Assembly (NCBI GenBank): GCA_029261065.1
Contig: JAJDCB010000006.1
Location: 64,284 to 128,283 of the forward strand
Source of the DNA: Candidatus Omnitrophota bacterium
GTDB taxonomy: Bacteria; Omnitrophota; Gorgyraeia; Zapsychrales; Zapsychraceae
Length of the DNA: 64,000 nt
Direction of reading: 5' to 3'
Shown piece after piece: positions 20,535-30,607 of the stretch. Position 1 is the first letter of the stretch, and each line of letters begins with the position of its first letter. A model generated the notes under the pieces. It saw only the letters and a list, made by a program, of their open reading frames with translations, did not search any database and had not been told where the DNA came from. A program made the translations under genes and the position numbers.

Positions 20535-20846
20535 CTACATCTGCATCATCTTTGAGACCCGTATTGATCCACCATTTTCCAAAAACGGATCTGATTGCGC
20601 AATTTTCACAGCCTCCTCCATACTTTCTGCTTTAACAACAGCAAACCCTTTCATCGCATTCGCATCACTATCATCTTCAACACTTGTTTTTGTAACAATT
20701 TTTGAGGCCGGCAGAGGTGTTCCCGGATTAACGATCGTTTCACCAAGACTTTCTACCCACGCTTTCCATTTCCCCATTTGAGCCATACCCTCTTCTTTGG
20801 AACTGGGTTGATTTCCGCCGTGGTAAGCAATCATGAAATTATCCAT
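20535..20846 (-). CDS. YciI-like small protein
   Basis: ~100 aa; block GFAVVKAESMEEAVKIAQSDPF resembles the YciI family C-terminal region. Confidence 0.45.
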   Translation of the reverse strand: MDNFMIAYHGGNQPSSKEEGMAQMGKWKAWVESLGETIVNPGTPLPASKIVTKTSVEDDSDANAMKGFAVVKAESMEEAVKIAQSDPFLENGGSIRVSKMMQM

Positions 20847-20978
20847 AAGTAACTCCTTTGTTTAAATAAACGCCTTTTTTAAACCAATCTTTCTACGACA
20901 GGAGGATTATATCACAGAATACATTCTTTAAATATGTAGAAAAATCGAAAGATCCAGAAGGAGCGACAAGTAATTTTT

Positions 20979-21581
20979 TTACTTTAAAATACTTTTTACC
21001 TTCTTTTGTAAATAAGGAACAACTTCTTTGGTAAACCAACGATTTTTATTCATCCAAATAAAATTTCGTGGTGATGGATGAGGTAAAGGCAAATACTTAG
21101 GCGAATATTCTTTATACGCTTTAACTGTTTTTGTTAATGTTTCTTTCCGATTGTCTAAATAATACCTTTGAGAATATTGACCAATAAGTAATATCAGCTG
21201 AATCTTCGGAAGTTTTTTTAATATCTTTTCATGCCACAAAGGAGCACATTCTTCACGTGGAGGTAAATCACCTGACTTTCCTTTCCCCGGATAACAAAAC
21301 CCCATAGGAACAATAGCAATCTTTGACTCATCATAAAATATATCCGAATCAATATCCATCCATTCCCTTAATTTATTGCCACTTGGATCATTCCAGGGAA
21401 CTCCACTTTCATGCACCTTTCTACCTGGCGCCTGACCAATGATAATAATCCTAGCGCTTGGATGAACACTAAACACAGGCCTTATCCCATGTGGTAAATA
21501 TTCCTTACATGTTTGACATGATTTAATTTCTTTAATTAGATTTTTAAAATCTTTATTCATAAATTTATTTATAGCTAACAC
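20979..21581 (-). CDS. Uracil-DNA glycosylase superfamily protein
   Basis: IIIGQAPGRKVHESGVPWNDPSGNKLREWM matches the UDG-superfamily motif A/B arrangement. Confidence 0.55.
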   Translation of the reverse strand: MLAINKFMNKDFKNLIKEIKSCQTCKEYLPHGIRPVFSVHPSARIIIIGQAPGRKVHESGVPWNDPSGNKLREWMDIDSDIFYDESKIAIVPMGFCYPGKGKSGDLPPREECAPLWHEKILKKLPKIQLILLIGQYSQRYYLDNRKETLTKTVKAYKEYSPKYLPLPHPSPRNFIWMNKNRWFTKEVVPYLQKKVKSILK

Positions 21582-21591
21582 TCATTTTCCT

Positions 21592-22800
21592 TTACAAACT
21601 TAATTCAACACGTACACCAGCAACAATAGCATCTTCGAATCCCTTCACGGCCCCTGGGTTAAAAATGTATTGAATATCTGGTTGAATCCTAACCTTGTCA
21701 TTGATCTGTATGTTATACGTCGCTTCAATCGTTGTTTCAAAATCATCCCTTCCACCAGCATCAACAACATCCTTATTTATGACAGCGTGTGCTACAGCAA
21801 TACCCGCCTCATCTTCATCTCGTCCAGGAACTAAACCTCGATAGTTAAAACCACCACCAACGTAGATATTAACTTCGTTAACCCGTTTATCATTCATTCC
21901 AAACTGAACAAACCCACCAAGTCCTTGCTCTTCACTTTCTCTATATAGCTGTTTATCAATAATCAAATACCCTCCCATATTATTATTCCTTTCAATGGGA
22001 TCTCCACTTAGATTTAAATCAACAACGTCATTCACTTCTCCTGAATTGTTCCATAAACCCAACTTGATAAATCCGGGTAAGAATTGTTCATGAAAATAAA
22101 AAGCGAGTTCTGTTGCAATGAATGCCCCAGACGATCTGTCTAAATCCGAACGAGGAAAATGTTCGCTGATATCAGGATCACCGGGATCTCCATCATAAAC
22201 AGCAAATAATAACTCCCATTGCTCGTTTAATAGTGTTTTTAATCTAATTCCAGGAGCGGCTAATGGAAACACCGAAGGCCTTGCCCCTGCAGAAATATCA
22301 GGTTGAATACCGAAAGAACTATTAATATATAAACTTCCATATTCCGTAACATTAAATTCTGAATTGTAATCATGAAAACCTAACAAAATAGACAACTGAT
22401 CATCTAAGAAAAAATGTTGATACCACAACTCATAAATGCGAGATGTGCGTGGAGCTTCAATGTTGCTTATTGTTTGCAGATCTCCAACAATTTCGCCTGT
22501 CAGTTTCTCATCACCAGAATTATGAAGACCATAAATAAAAAATTGCCCGTTATCCCAAAGGCCAAGCTTTTCTGTATCTACGTCTAAAGTAATGTCTAAA
22601 TTTGTTAAATACGTATCACCTCGTTTTATGCCACCTTGTGTATTGGAAAAATAATCAACTGTGTAAACAGCTTCAAATGAAACGCCTTTATCTTGAAGTT
22701 CGTCCCTCAATGCTGCTGCATAAGCGTCACTTAAAACAAGAGCGCTTTGACAAATATATACAAAATAAAAATTAAATAAAAAGAATAGAAGTTTTTTCAT
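21592..22800 (-). CDS. Carbohydrate-selective porin, OprB family
   Basis: Signal peptide; N-terminal YTVDYFSNTQGG...GLWDNGQFFIYG and an overall beta-barrel profile typical of OprB porins. Confidence 0.6.
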   Translation of the reverse strand: MKKLLFFLFNFYFVYICQSALVLSDAYAAALRDELQDKGVSFEAVYTVDYFSNTQGGIKRGDTYLTNLDITLDVDTEKLGLWDNGQFFIYGLHNSGDEKLTGEIVGDLQTISNIEAPRTSRIYELWYQHFFLDDQLSILLGFHDYNSEFNVTEYGSLYINSSFGIQPDISAGARPSVFPLAAPGIRLKTLLNEQWELLFAVYDGDPGDPDISEHFPRSDLDRSSGAFIATELAFYFHEQFLPGFIKLGLWNNSGEVNDVVDLNLSGDPIERNNNMGGYLIIDKQLYRESEEQGLGGFVQFGMNDKRVNEVNIYVGGGFNYRGLVPGRDEDEAGIAVAHAVINKDVVDAGGRDDFETTIEATYNIQINDKVRIQPDIQYIFNPGAVKGFEDAIVAGVRVELSL

Positions 22801-23022
22801 GACACATGCCTTTTTTATTATTTAGTTATGAGACAGTGTATCATCCATAGACAAAAAATGTCAAGAAACTTTTTTTTCTTAAACAACATATTTTTAAAAA
22901 ACTTTTAATTTTCAAATAATTGTGATGTTGCGGGGGAGGGCGAGATGTATTTTGGATTATGGATGAAGAATCGTAACTTATTTTAACGAATACATTTACT
23001 TAATTCTGATAATAACAGCTTC

Positions 23023-25461
23023 TTAACCCGTTGCCTTCATTCCAAAAGCAATACCATTGACCGTTAATGCTAATAGGCGACGGGTCTCTTCACTTCTTTT
23101 CTCCGGTGGTTGTGAACGCCACTCTTTAAGGAGATTAACTTGCATATAATGTAAGGGATCAATATATGGATTTCTTAAACGGATCGAATTATCTAATCGA
23201 GGATACCTCACCAACAACTTATCATGTCCCGTTATCTTTTGAATATTCAAAACGGTTTTATCATGCTCTTCAGTAATGCGACCAAAAATATTGTTACGTA
23301 TATCCTTATCTTCAACCAAAGAGGCATAGCGGCTGGCAATGTATAAATCTGTTTTAGCCAAAGAGGCTTCAGCGTTGTCTAATAACATTGAAAAAAATGG
23401 CCAAGATTTATACATTTTCTTTAACTTGGTCAGATTACGATCTTCTTTAATAACCTTTTCTAATCCCGATCCGATACCATACCACGCTGAGAGTAAATGA
23501 CGTGATTGTGTCCAAGAAAAAACCCAAGAGATCGCTCTTAAGTTTTCCGTTTCACGCGAAGTATTACGACTTGCTGGACGCGAACCGATACGAAGTTCGG
23601 CAACCACATCTATAGGTGTTGCCGACCAAAGGTAAGTTTCAAAATCTTCAGTCTCATAAATTAAATTTCTGTAAGCGGCTTGTGACTTATCTGCCAAGGC
23701 ACCCATAACCTCTTCCCAACTCGCATCAACATTATCTTCCTCTTTAGCACGGCAAAAAGAATCAATCACACCTGTCGTTAATTGTTCAAGATTACGACGA
23801 GCAATATCCGCATGCGAATACTTTAAAGAAATAACCTCACCCTGCTCTGTGATACGAATGCGTGCACCATGGGCCGCATGCGGTTGGGCGATCAAACTAC
23901 GATAACTCATCCCTCCACCGCGATCTATTGTTCCCCCTTTACCATGAAAAAAACGTAACCCAATTTCATTTTTATCTGCAACATCTGATAACTTCTTTTG
24001 TGCCGAATAAAGATACCAATTAGCCGCCAAATAACCGCCGTCTTTACAAGAATCTGAATAACCTAACATGACTTCCTGAATATTCCCTCGCTGCTTAAGG
24101 TGCTTAACATAAACTTTGTCCTTAAGAAGGCTTTCTAATAAATCCGCACTACGATTAAGATCATCGATGGTTTCAAACAATGGAACAATGTCAACATCGG
24201 TTACTTTGGCCTGTTTTGCACAATCAAGCAGATCACAAACAACCTCTTTAGAATGCGTCATACTTAATATAAAACGATGAGCGGCTTGGTTACCGTACAT
24301 GGATTGGATCTTGCCAATCGTTTCAAATTCTTCAATGATTTCATGACGGCTATCTTCAAGCTTACCGGAATGATCACGAAAATCCAGATCAGCTAAGACC
24401 AACCCACATGTCTCTAACTGATAAATCAAATCTGTCAACCTGCCGTTTGCAGCACGAGTGGCCTTCTGATCCAAAAGCTCTTCTCGAATTTCTTTAAGTT
24501 CCTTTATAATATATTGTTGATCAATAAATCCGGGCTTTACTAACTGTAATAAATTGTAAATACGATCACGCACATGCTCCTCAGGATGATAATGTTTCTT
24601 ATCGGCAATTTTTTGTTGTTCCTTGTAAGATAAAGGTGTTGCATGAGTCAGTTCATTGACAAGCTCACTTAATTGTTTTTGAACTAAACGAATAGCCAAA
24701 CTATGCTGAAGCTTCATTGTTTCTAAACTCACCTGAGGCGTAACAAAAGGATTGCCGTCACGATCTCCGCCCACCCAACTACTCATTTTTAAGAAAGGTC
24801 TTTTCACGGATAAATTTGGATAAGATTTTTTTAATTCCCTCTCAAATAAACGCATGTAATCGACTAAGGCGTTATGAATTGTTTTATCAAAATAAAACAA
24901 ACAATTCTTAGCCTCTTCTAGGGGAGAAATACGATGGTATCTAATTTCGCGGGTTTGCCACAACGCTTCAAGAATTTCATCAGGATTTTCAATGGATTCC
25001 GACAAACGCATCAAATGACCTAAAGCTGTGCGTCTTTTACTTTCCGTAGGGTGGGCTGTAAGAACAGGTTCAATCTCCATTTGTTCTAAACATTGACGAA
25101 GCCGCTTCTCTGAAACATTATCTTCGCGCAATTTACGAAACAAAGAAGCTAATGATTGGCGCATATTGGGCTTCTCTCTAATAGCACGGCGTCGCGCCCT
25201 TTCTTCACACATATTGACTAGCTGAAAAAATAAACTAAAGGCATGAATAACACAATAGGCTGTTTTATGATCAAGCGATTCAATGAGCTGCTGCTTAACC
25301 TTAATGTCGCTAGGTTTATGTTTCGCACGCACCGCTTTAGCAACCTTACGAACAGCCTCAATCGCATCATAAACCGCATCCCCCTCCTGCTCGCGGATCA
25401 TTTTGCCTAAACGGGTTGTAATAAAACGAATTTCGGTATTTAAATCAGATTCGGTAGTCAT
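23023..25461 (-). CDS. ppc: Phosphoenolpyruvate carboxylase
   Basis: Conserved VLTAHPTE, FHGKGGTIDRGGG and C-terminal TVNGIAFGMKATG motifs; 812 aa, shorter than the ~880 aa enterobacterial enzyme. Confidence 0.9.
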   Translation of the reverse strand: MTTESDLNTEIRFITTRLGKMIREQEGDAVYDAIEAVRKVAKAVRAKHKPSDIKVKQQLIESLDHKTAYCVIHAFSLFFQLVNMCEERARRRAIREKPNMRQSLASLFRKLREDNVSEKRLRQCLEQMEIEPVLTAHPTESKRRTALGHLMRLSESIENPDEILEALWQTREIRYHRISPLEEAKNCLFYFDKTIHNALVDYMRLFERELKKSYPNLSVKRPFLKMSSWVGGDRDGNPFVTPQVSLETMKLQHSLAIRLVQKQLSELVNELTHATPLSYKEQQKIADKKHYHPEEHVRDRIYNLLQLVKPGFIDQQYIIKELKEIREELLDQKATRAANGRLTDLIYQLETCGLVLADLDFRDHSGKLEDSRHEIIEEFETIGKIQSMYGNQAAHRFILSMTHSKEVVCDLLDCAKQAKVTDVDIVPLFETIDDLNRSADLLESLLKDKVYVKHLKQRGNIQEVMLGYSDSCKDGGYLAANWYLYSAQKKLSDVADKNEIGLRFFHGKGGTIDRGGGMSYRSLIAQPHAAHGARIRITEQGEVISLKYSHADIARRNLEQLTTGVIDSFCRAKEEDNVDASWEEVMGALADKSQAAYRNLIYETEDFETYLWSATPIDVVAELRIGSRPASRNTSRETENLRAISWVFSWTQSRHLLSAWYGIGSGLEKVIKEDRNLTKLKKMYKSWPFFSMLLDNAEASLAKTDLYIASRYASLVEDKDIRNNIFGRITEEHDKTVLNIQKITGHDKLLVRYPRLDNSIRLRNPYIDPLHYMQVNLLKEWRSQPPEKRSEETRRLLALTVNGIAFGMKATG

Positions 25462-25548
25462 TGGATATACATTCTAATTGCATGATTCGATAGAGTCAAA
25501 TGATACCACTTTTTGAAGGAAATAGGGAAGAAAAGAACGGGGCCGTTG

Positions 25549-25773
25549 TTAATGCTCATCATAAGGATTTGCCATCTTCTTAAGAACAATAGCAATAGTA
25601 TCCTCATCAATATCAGCACTTTGCATAAACTTACCAGCTTTTTGCGAATCCCCCGAATCAACTGCAGCCATAAATTCATCCACGGCATCAATACGGGCTA
25701 ACATTTCTAAAACAACGGTGCCTTCAAAATCGTTTTCGTTCATTTTGAATCCTTTTATAAAAAGACAAGTCAT
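25549..25773 (-). CDS. Small acidic hypothetical protein
   Basis: ORF overlaps the stop of the upstream gene by 4 bp (ATGA), suggesting translational coupling; the real start is probably MNENDF. Confidence 0.35.
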   Translation of the reverse strand: MTCLFIKGFKMNENDFEGTVVLEMLARIDAVDEFMAAVDSGDSQKAGKFMQSADIDEDTIAIVLKKMANPYDEH

Positions 25774-27191
25774 TCATCCACCATGTCCCATTTTTTATCA
25801 ATTAGTCGATCTGTGATTCGTAGCCACTCAATTATAAATTTCTGATTTTGGACTTCATGGAGAACTTCATTAAAACGATTACTGTCTAAAACATTTACAG
25901 CTTGTATATAATCATTGATCGTAACTTTTCCGAAGGAATAATTTTCTGTTTCATCATCTAATACAAATCGTGCTAAACCTATTTTCTCTTCCGCTATTTT
26001 TCCCAACGCCTCTTCTCGATTGATTATTTGAAAAAGATTTTTTATATCCGTATACAATTTATAATGCGTATTAGACGTTGTTAACTTTTGCTTGTTTAAA
26101 GAAATTTTGGACGTTTCATACTCAGCGTGTTCTAACTGATCAGAAAATGGCCACTCCATAGAAATTCCGGCAAATATTAAATTATCTTCATCTCGTATTT
26201 CATGATCATCACCATCTACTTCATAACCAATAAGTAAATTAATAGATGGTAGTAAGTCATCGGCATTTTTATCGACCTCAAACGTGCTTTTATCTTCTAA
26301 TAATTTTAGAATATCATAAGTTCGACTTTTATTTTTAAAATTTTCAAAATCACTATCAAACGAAATCTCTAAGTCCTCATATATGATTGGCTTTTGTGGC
26401 ACTATTTCTTCATCCGCTGAATAACGTATAGTTTTCTTAATAAAGTTTAGCGCATTCTGATACTTTTCCTGCAGGCCAATTAAAGTTTCCTTTTTTGCCA
26501 GCACCTGTAAATTGATTTTGTTCACATCAATTGGTAAGGCTATGCTTGATTTTTGTCTTTCCTTTATATTGTCCATTAATTTTAAATTTTCCTCATAAGA
26601 AGATTCCCCAATTTTTAAATTTTCAAAAGCCTCATACCAATTAAAATACGCAACCATTACCGTCGCTAAATAATCCTCATAGGCTTCCACCACCTGGTGT
26701 TTAATCACGTCTATTTCAACACCAATGATCTTATCCCTTAAGCGTGTGGCTCTTCCAAAAGCATTTTCGGCAATAGGTTGTGATATATTAAATGTAAATT
26801 CTGAACTATTAACCGATGAAGTAAACGAAGGAACTGATTTATACCCTGTCGTTAATTCAGTTCCCGAATATGGAAACAACTTGGTTAAAGAAACTGTCGT
26901 TTCCGGCTCTTCTTTATCTTGACTTAAATATAAATCATATTGTGCTTTTACTTCCAAAACAATATCACGTGCCGGCAGATTTAAATCTTTTCGGTACTGC
27001 AAAGGCAATTTATCTATAAGAATACTTTCAAATTCAGTATCATTCTCGGTCGCCAGTTTAATAAACTCATCCATCGTAACAACTCGCCCATCTATTGATT
27101 TCTCGAGAGTATTATTTGACAACTGAGCTGCACTTACTGTAACAACCGATGCACATAGCGTTATAAATAAAATTATTCTTACTCTTTTCAC
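25770..27191 (-). CDS. Putative TolC-like outer membrane protein partnered with the adjacent RND pump
   Basis: 473 aa, signal peptide, helix-rich repeats of TolC-like length; 1-bp gap to the RND gene; the family assignment is tentative. Confidence 0.4.
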   Translation of the reverse strand: MKRVRIILFITLCASVVTVSAAQLSNNTLEKSIDGRVVTMDEFIKLATENDTEFESILIDKLPLQYRKDLNLPARDIVLEVKAQYDLYLSQDKEEPETTVSLTKLFPYSGTELTTGYKSVPSFTSSVNSSEFTFNISQPIAENAFGRATRLRDKIIGVEIDVIKHQVVEAYEDYLATVMVAYFNWYEAFENLKIGESSYEENLKLMDNIKERQKSSIALPIDVNKINLQVLAKKETLIGLQEKYQNALNFIKKTIRYSADEEIVPQKPIIYEDLEISFDSDFENFKNKSRTYDILKLLEDKSTFEVDKNADDLLPSINLLIGYEVDGDDHEIRDEDNLIFAGISMEWPFSDQLEHAEYETSKISLNKQKLTTSNTHYKLYTDIKNLFQIINREEALGKIAEEKIGLARFVLDDETENYSFGKVTINDYIQAVNVLDSNRFNEVLHEVQNQKFIIEWLRITDRLIDKKWDMVDE

Positions 27192-27192
27192 T

Positions 27193-30100
27193 TTAATTAC
27201 CCTTATTAAATTTAAAATTCACGTCTTTCACTAAACCATAAATACACGGAATGAGCAACAATGTAATGGCCGTTCCAAATATAAGTCCCCAAGCCAAGGA
27301 CAACATCATTTCAGCAAGCATAGCATCATACCCTGCTAACCCATATGCCGTCGGCAACACACCAACAGCCGTCGTTATTGTTGTTAATATAACTGCACGC
27401 AGACGTGTTTCAGCAATCCTTGCTATTTGTCGGTTCGATTCTTCCTTACTCTTGCTACTATCAAACTCCTTATCCAACTTAACTAACATTATGATCGAAT
27501 CATTTATAACGACACCTGCAAGCCCCAAAGCACCAATAGCCGCATAAAATCCAAATAATAACTTACCATGCATTAAAAATGCAAACACTATACCTACACA
27601 CCCAAATGGAATGGCTAACATAATAATGAATGGTTTAAGAAGTGAATTAAACAAAAGCGTTAAAACAATAAAGATTAATATGATGACTAATATGATGGCA
27701 TGAATCAAATCACTTTTTGATTCTCGAGTATCTTGAACTTCTCCTCCAAATGATAGCGTCGTTGTAGGGTATTGAGATAACATCTTTGGAAATACTTTCT
27801 CCTCAAAGTGCGTTGCCACCTCCAATGGTGTCATCTTCGATTTTTCTGTCATATCCGCATCAATAAGTGTTGTTCGCTTTAAATCTCGCCGTGATATAGC
27901 ATTGGGGGATGTTACTTCTTTTACATGTACAACATCTCTCAAAGGCACTAAATAATTTCCTTTATTCTCAACTGGCAAGTCTAACACCTTTTCAATATTA
28001 TCTTTTGCCTCATCTATGGTCGTAAAACGCACTTGAACATCTTCATCGCCGTTGGAAAATTCATATAGAACCGTACCTTCAAGGGCCGCTCTAAAGGTCG
28101 ATGCAATATCGTTCGGATTAATCGACAATCTTTTTACTTTCTCGCGATCAATTGATATTTTGTACTCTGGAACACGAAGCCCTTCATCAACTTCAACATT
28201 ATCTAAAGAAGCATGCGATTGCATCGTTTTCACTAATTCCTTAACTATGGTATCTCTCAAACCATCATCATTTTGCTGAACAATCAATTCAATAGGACTT
28301 CCGGAATCTTGACCCCAACGTGATTTTTTAAACATAACCTTTTTAAAATCTTTCAATTCCTTTATAGGCTTTTCAAATTCCTTAATAAGCTGATCCGCAC
28401 TTTTTTTCCTCTTTTCTTTTGGAACAATTTCAATTAGCATGCGAAATTTATTTTCTTCAACCGCGCCGCCTCTTCGACTTCGCGCAATTGTTGTTCGATA
28501 TCCAACAACTTCTTTCCCTAAATATGGTTTAATTACATTTTCAATTTGTTTAGTCAATTTTGCTGTTTCAATTCGATCTGTTCCTGGCATAGTACTTCCC
28601 GAAAGAACGACATCTCTTGTCTCTTCATGAGGAAACAAAACAAATTTCATAAGTGTTGTGGACAATATTCCAGCTAGAATCAAAAATCCTAGAAAGGAAC
28701 ATAAAATTATTTTCTTTCTTGGCATTAATTTCTCAAGAAGATTTCCATAACTAGTCTCAACACTATCAAACCAATGCCCCCTATTATTTTTTTCATCTTT
28801 AGATTTAGGGCTTAAGAATCTGTCTAAAAAAGGTAATTTTAAATCCATATGTCCAGGAAGAATCAAAAGCGATTCTAAAAGACTTGCCCCCAACATTAAA
28901 AAAACAATCAAAGGTATATATTTAACAAAATTACCAAAGTGCCCTTTAAAGAAATATAATGGGATAAATGCAATACACGTCGTGACTATACTCGCTATAA
29001 TAGGCATCAACACAAAACTCGTCCCCTTAACAACCGCCTCATCATGACTCATTCCTGTGCGCTGCAATCGATTAATATTTTCTGCAACAACTATTGCATC
29101 ATCGACAATAATACCCATAACAATAATAATAGCCGCAAGTGTCATGCCATTTATTGTCTGACCTAAAATAGATGCAAACAACATAGTAAAACAAAAAGTA
29201 AATGGGATACCCATCGCTACCCACACACCGGAACGTTTATTAAGAAAAAGAAATAATGCGATTAGAATGAGAATAAATCCGATGGCTCCATTTATGCTAA
29301 TAATACTAATACGGTTTCTGATATCGATTGATTCATCATCAAGAAGAACAGCTTTAATAGGCGTGCCTTTAATATTGTTTTCTCTGTATTGCTCAACAAC
29401 TTTTGTCACTGCATCCAACGATTCTAAAATACCTGCGGAACTATTTTTAACCACACTAAACATTACTGCTTCATGACCGTTAACTTTGTTAATCTGTTTA
29501 TTTTTTTCATACCCCTCGATCACATTTGCTACTTCATTTAATCTAATAACCCGTCCTTCAAAACCTCCTTGAATAATCAGATTATTTAATTTGTCAGCAG
29601 AATCTAATTCGGATAAAAGCGTCACCTTCGGTTCATTCTTTGTTTCGATTGTTCCCGCTGGTTTTCGCACATGATTATCTTTAATTTCTTTCATAACCGT
29701 ATTAAACGGCAGTTCGTAATTTAGTAATTTCTTTGGATAGGTTTTAATCTGAATTTCTTCTTGGAGATAACCACGTTTATTTACACTATTAACTTCGGAG
29801 AGATTTAGAAGTTGGTTCTCAAGAGCATAGGCATATTTCTGAAGATTACGTCTTTTTTTAACATCCAATAAATGGGTACTACTATCATAAATGGCAATAT
29901 CCAATATTGCTTTTTTGGAGGATTTAAAAACACGAACGTTGGGATCATCAATGACTTCGGTGGGAAGTTGCACATCTAAAACAGCATTGCGTATTTCCGC
30001 TATCGCCTCATCGACATTGGGATAATTTTGCTCTAATTCAACATTAACATTGGACTGGCCAACACTTGATGTGCTTGTAACTCGATAGACGCCGTCAAGC

Positions 30101-30321
30101 CCACGGACCTCTTCTTCAATCGGTTTGGTAACAAAATATTCAACATCCTCTGCAGGAGCGCCAGCATAGCGAACAGAAATTCGCACATTATCAAAAGTAA
30201 TATCCGGCCATTCTTCTTTTTTGGTCGTATTCCAAGAGAATATGCCGCCAATAAAAACAACCACCATAATCATATTGGTGAGCAAATGGCGTTTCGAAAA
30301 ATAAGCTATTAATTTTTCCAT
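27193..30321 (-). CDS. RND efflux permease (AcrB/HAE-like)
   Basis: 1042 aa, 12-TM RND topology with conserved TM4 region (IVDDAIVVAENI). Confidence 0.85.
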   Translation of the reverse strand: MEKLIAYFSKRHLLTNMIMVVVFIGGIFSWNTTKKEEWPDITFDNVRISVRYAGAPAEDVEYFVTKPIEEEVRGLDGVYRVTSTSSVGQSNVNVELEQNYPNVDEAIAEIRNAVLDVQLPTEVIDDPNVRVFKSSKKAILDIAIYDSSTHLLDVKKRRNLQKYAYALENQLLNLSEVNSVNKRGYLQEEIQIKTYPKKLLNYELPFNTVMKEIKDNHVRKPAGTIETKNEPKVTLLSELDSADKLNNLIIQGGFEGRVIRLNEVANVIEGYEKNKQINKVNGHEAVMFSVVKNSSAGILESLDAVTKVVEQYRENNIKGTPIKAVLLDDESIDIRNRISIISINGAIGFILILIALFLFLNKRSGVWVAMGIPFTFCFTMLFASILGQTINGMTLAAIIIVMGIIVDDAIVVAENINRLQRTGMSHDEAVVKGTSFVLMPIIASIVTTCIAFIPLYFFKGHFGNFVKYIPLIVFLMLGASLLESLLILPGHMDLKLPFLDRFLSPKSKDEKNNRGHWFDSVETSYGNLLEKLMPRKKIILCSFLGFLILAGILSTTLMKFVLFPHEETRDVVLSGSTMPGTDRIETAKLTKQIENVIKPYLGKEVVGYRTTIARSRRGGAVEENKFRMLIEIVPKEKRKKSADQLIKEFEKPIKELKDFKKVMFKKSRWGQDSGSPIELIVQQNDDGLRDTIVKELVKTMQSHASLDNVEVDEGLRVPEYKISIDREKVKRLSINPNDIASTFRAALEGTVLYEFSNGDEDVQVRFTTIDEAKDNIEKVLDLPVENKGNYLVPLRDVVHVKEVTSPNAISRRDLKRTTLIDADMTEKSKMTPLEVATHFEEKVFPKMLSQYPTTTLSFGGEVQDTRESKSDLIHAIILVIILIFIVLTLLFNSLLKPFIIMLAIPFGCVGIVFAFLMHGKLLFGFYAAIGALGLAGVVINDSIIMLVKLDKEFDSSKSKEESNRQIARIAETRLRAVILTTITTAVGVLPTAYGLAGYDAMLAEMMLSLAWGLIFGTAITLLLIPCIYGLVKDVNFKFNKGN

Positions 30322-30436
30322 AAAATGACATTAACGGTTAACAAAAGTTATATGAGTCATTATATATGACTACTCATATAAATAGAAATATTATCCAAAA
30401 TACAAAAGTTCCTTAGATTCTGAATAATTTTTCCAA

Positions 30437-30590
30437 CCTTCAGGTTATGAGGACGTTATATGACTATGCTTATATTTTCTTGTTTTTATTAATGTTATCT
30501 ACTGGTAGGCTTTACAAAAAATTGATTTGCTGATATTTACTGCTTTTTGACTGTTAGCAGGCTTGTTTTGTTACACATAAGTTATCACTT
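30437..30590. repeat. Upstream element R1: block CCTTCAGGTTATGAGGACGTT plus three phased heptamers (TTTGCTG, TTTACTG, TTTGACTG) and TTGTTACACATA
   Basis: The same blocks occur at 37296..37380 and 43345..43440, in the same orientation relative to the downstream minus-strand genes. Confidence 0.6.
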
Positions 30591-30607
30591 TAAAATAACC
30601 CTTATGA

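Noticed and set aside
25458-25701. Overlapping 77-aa and 62-aa ORFs at the ppc start region
   Set aside because: They overlap the better-supported 74-aa ORF and the ppc 5' end in other frames, have low-complexity composition, and are likely artefacts.
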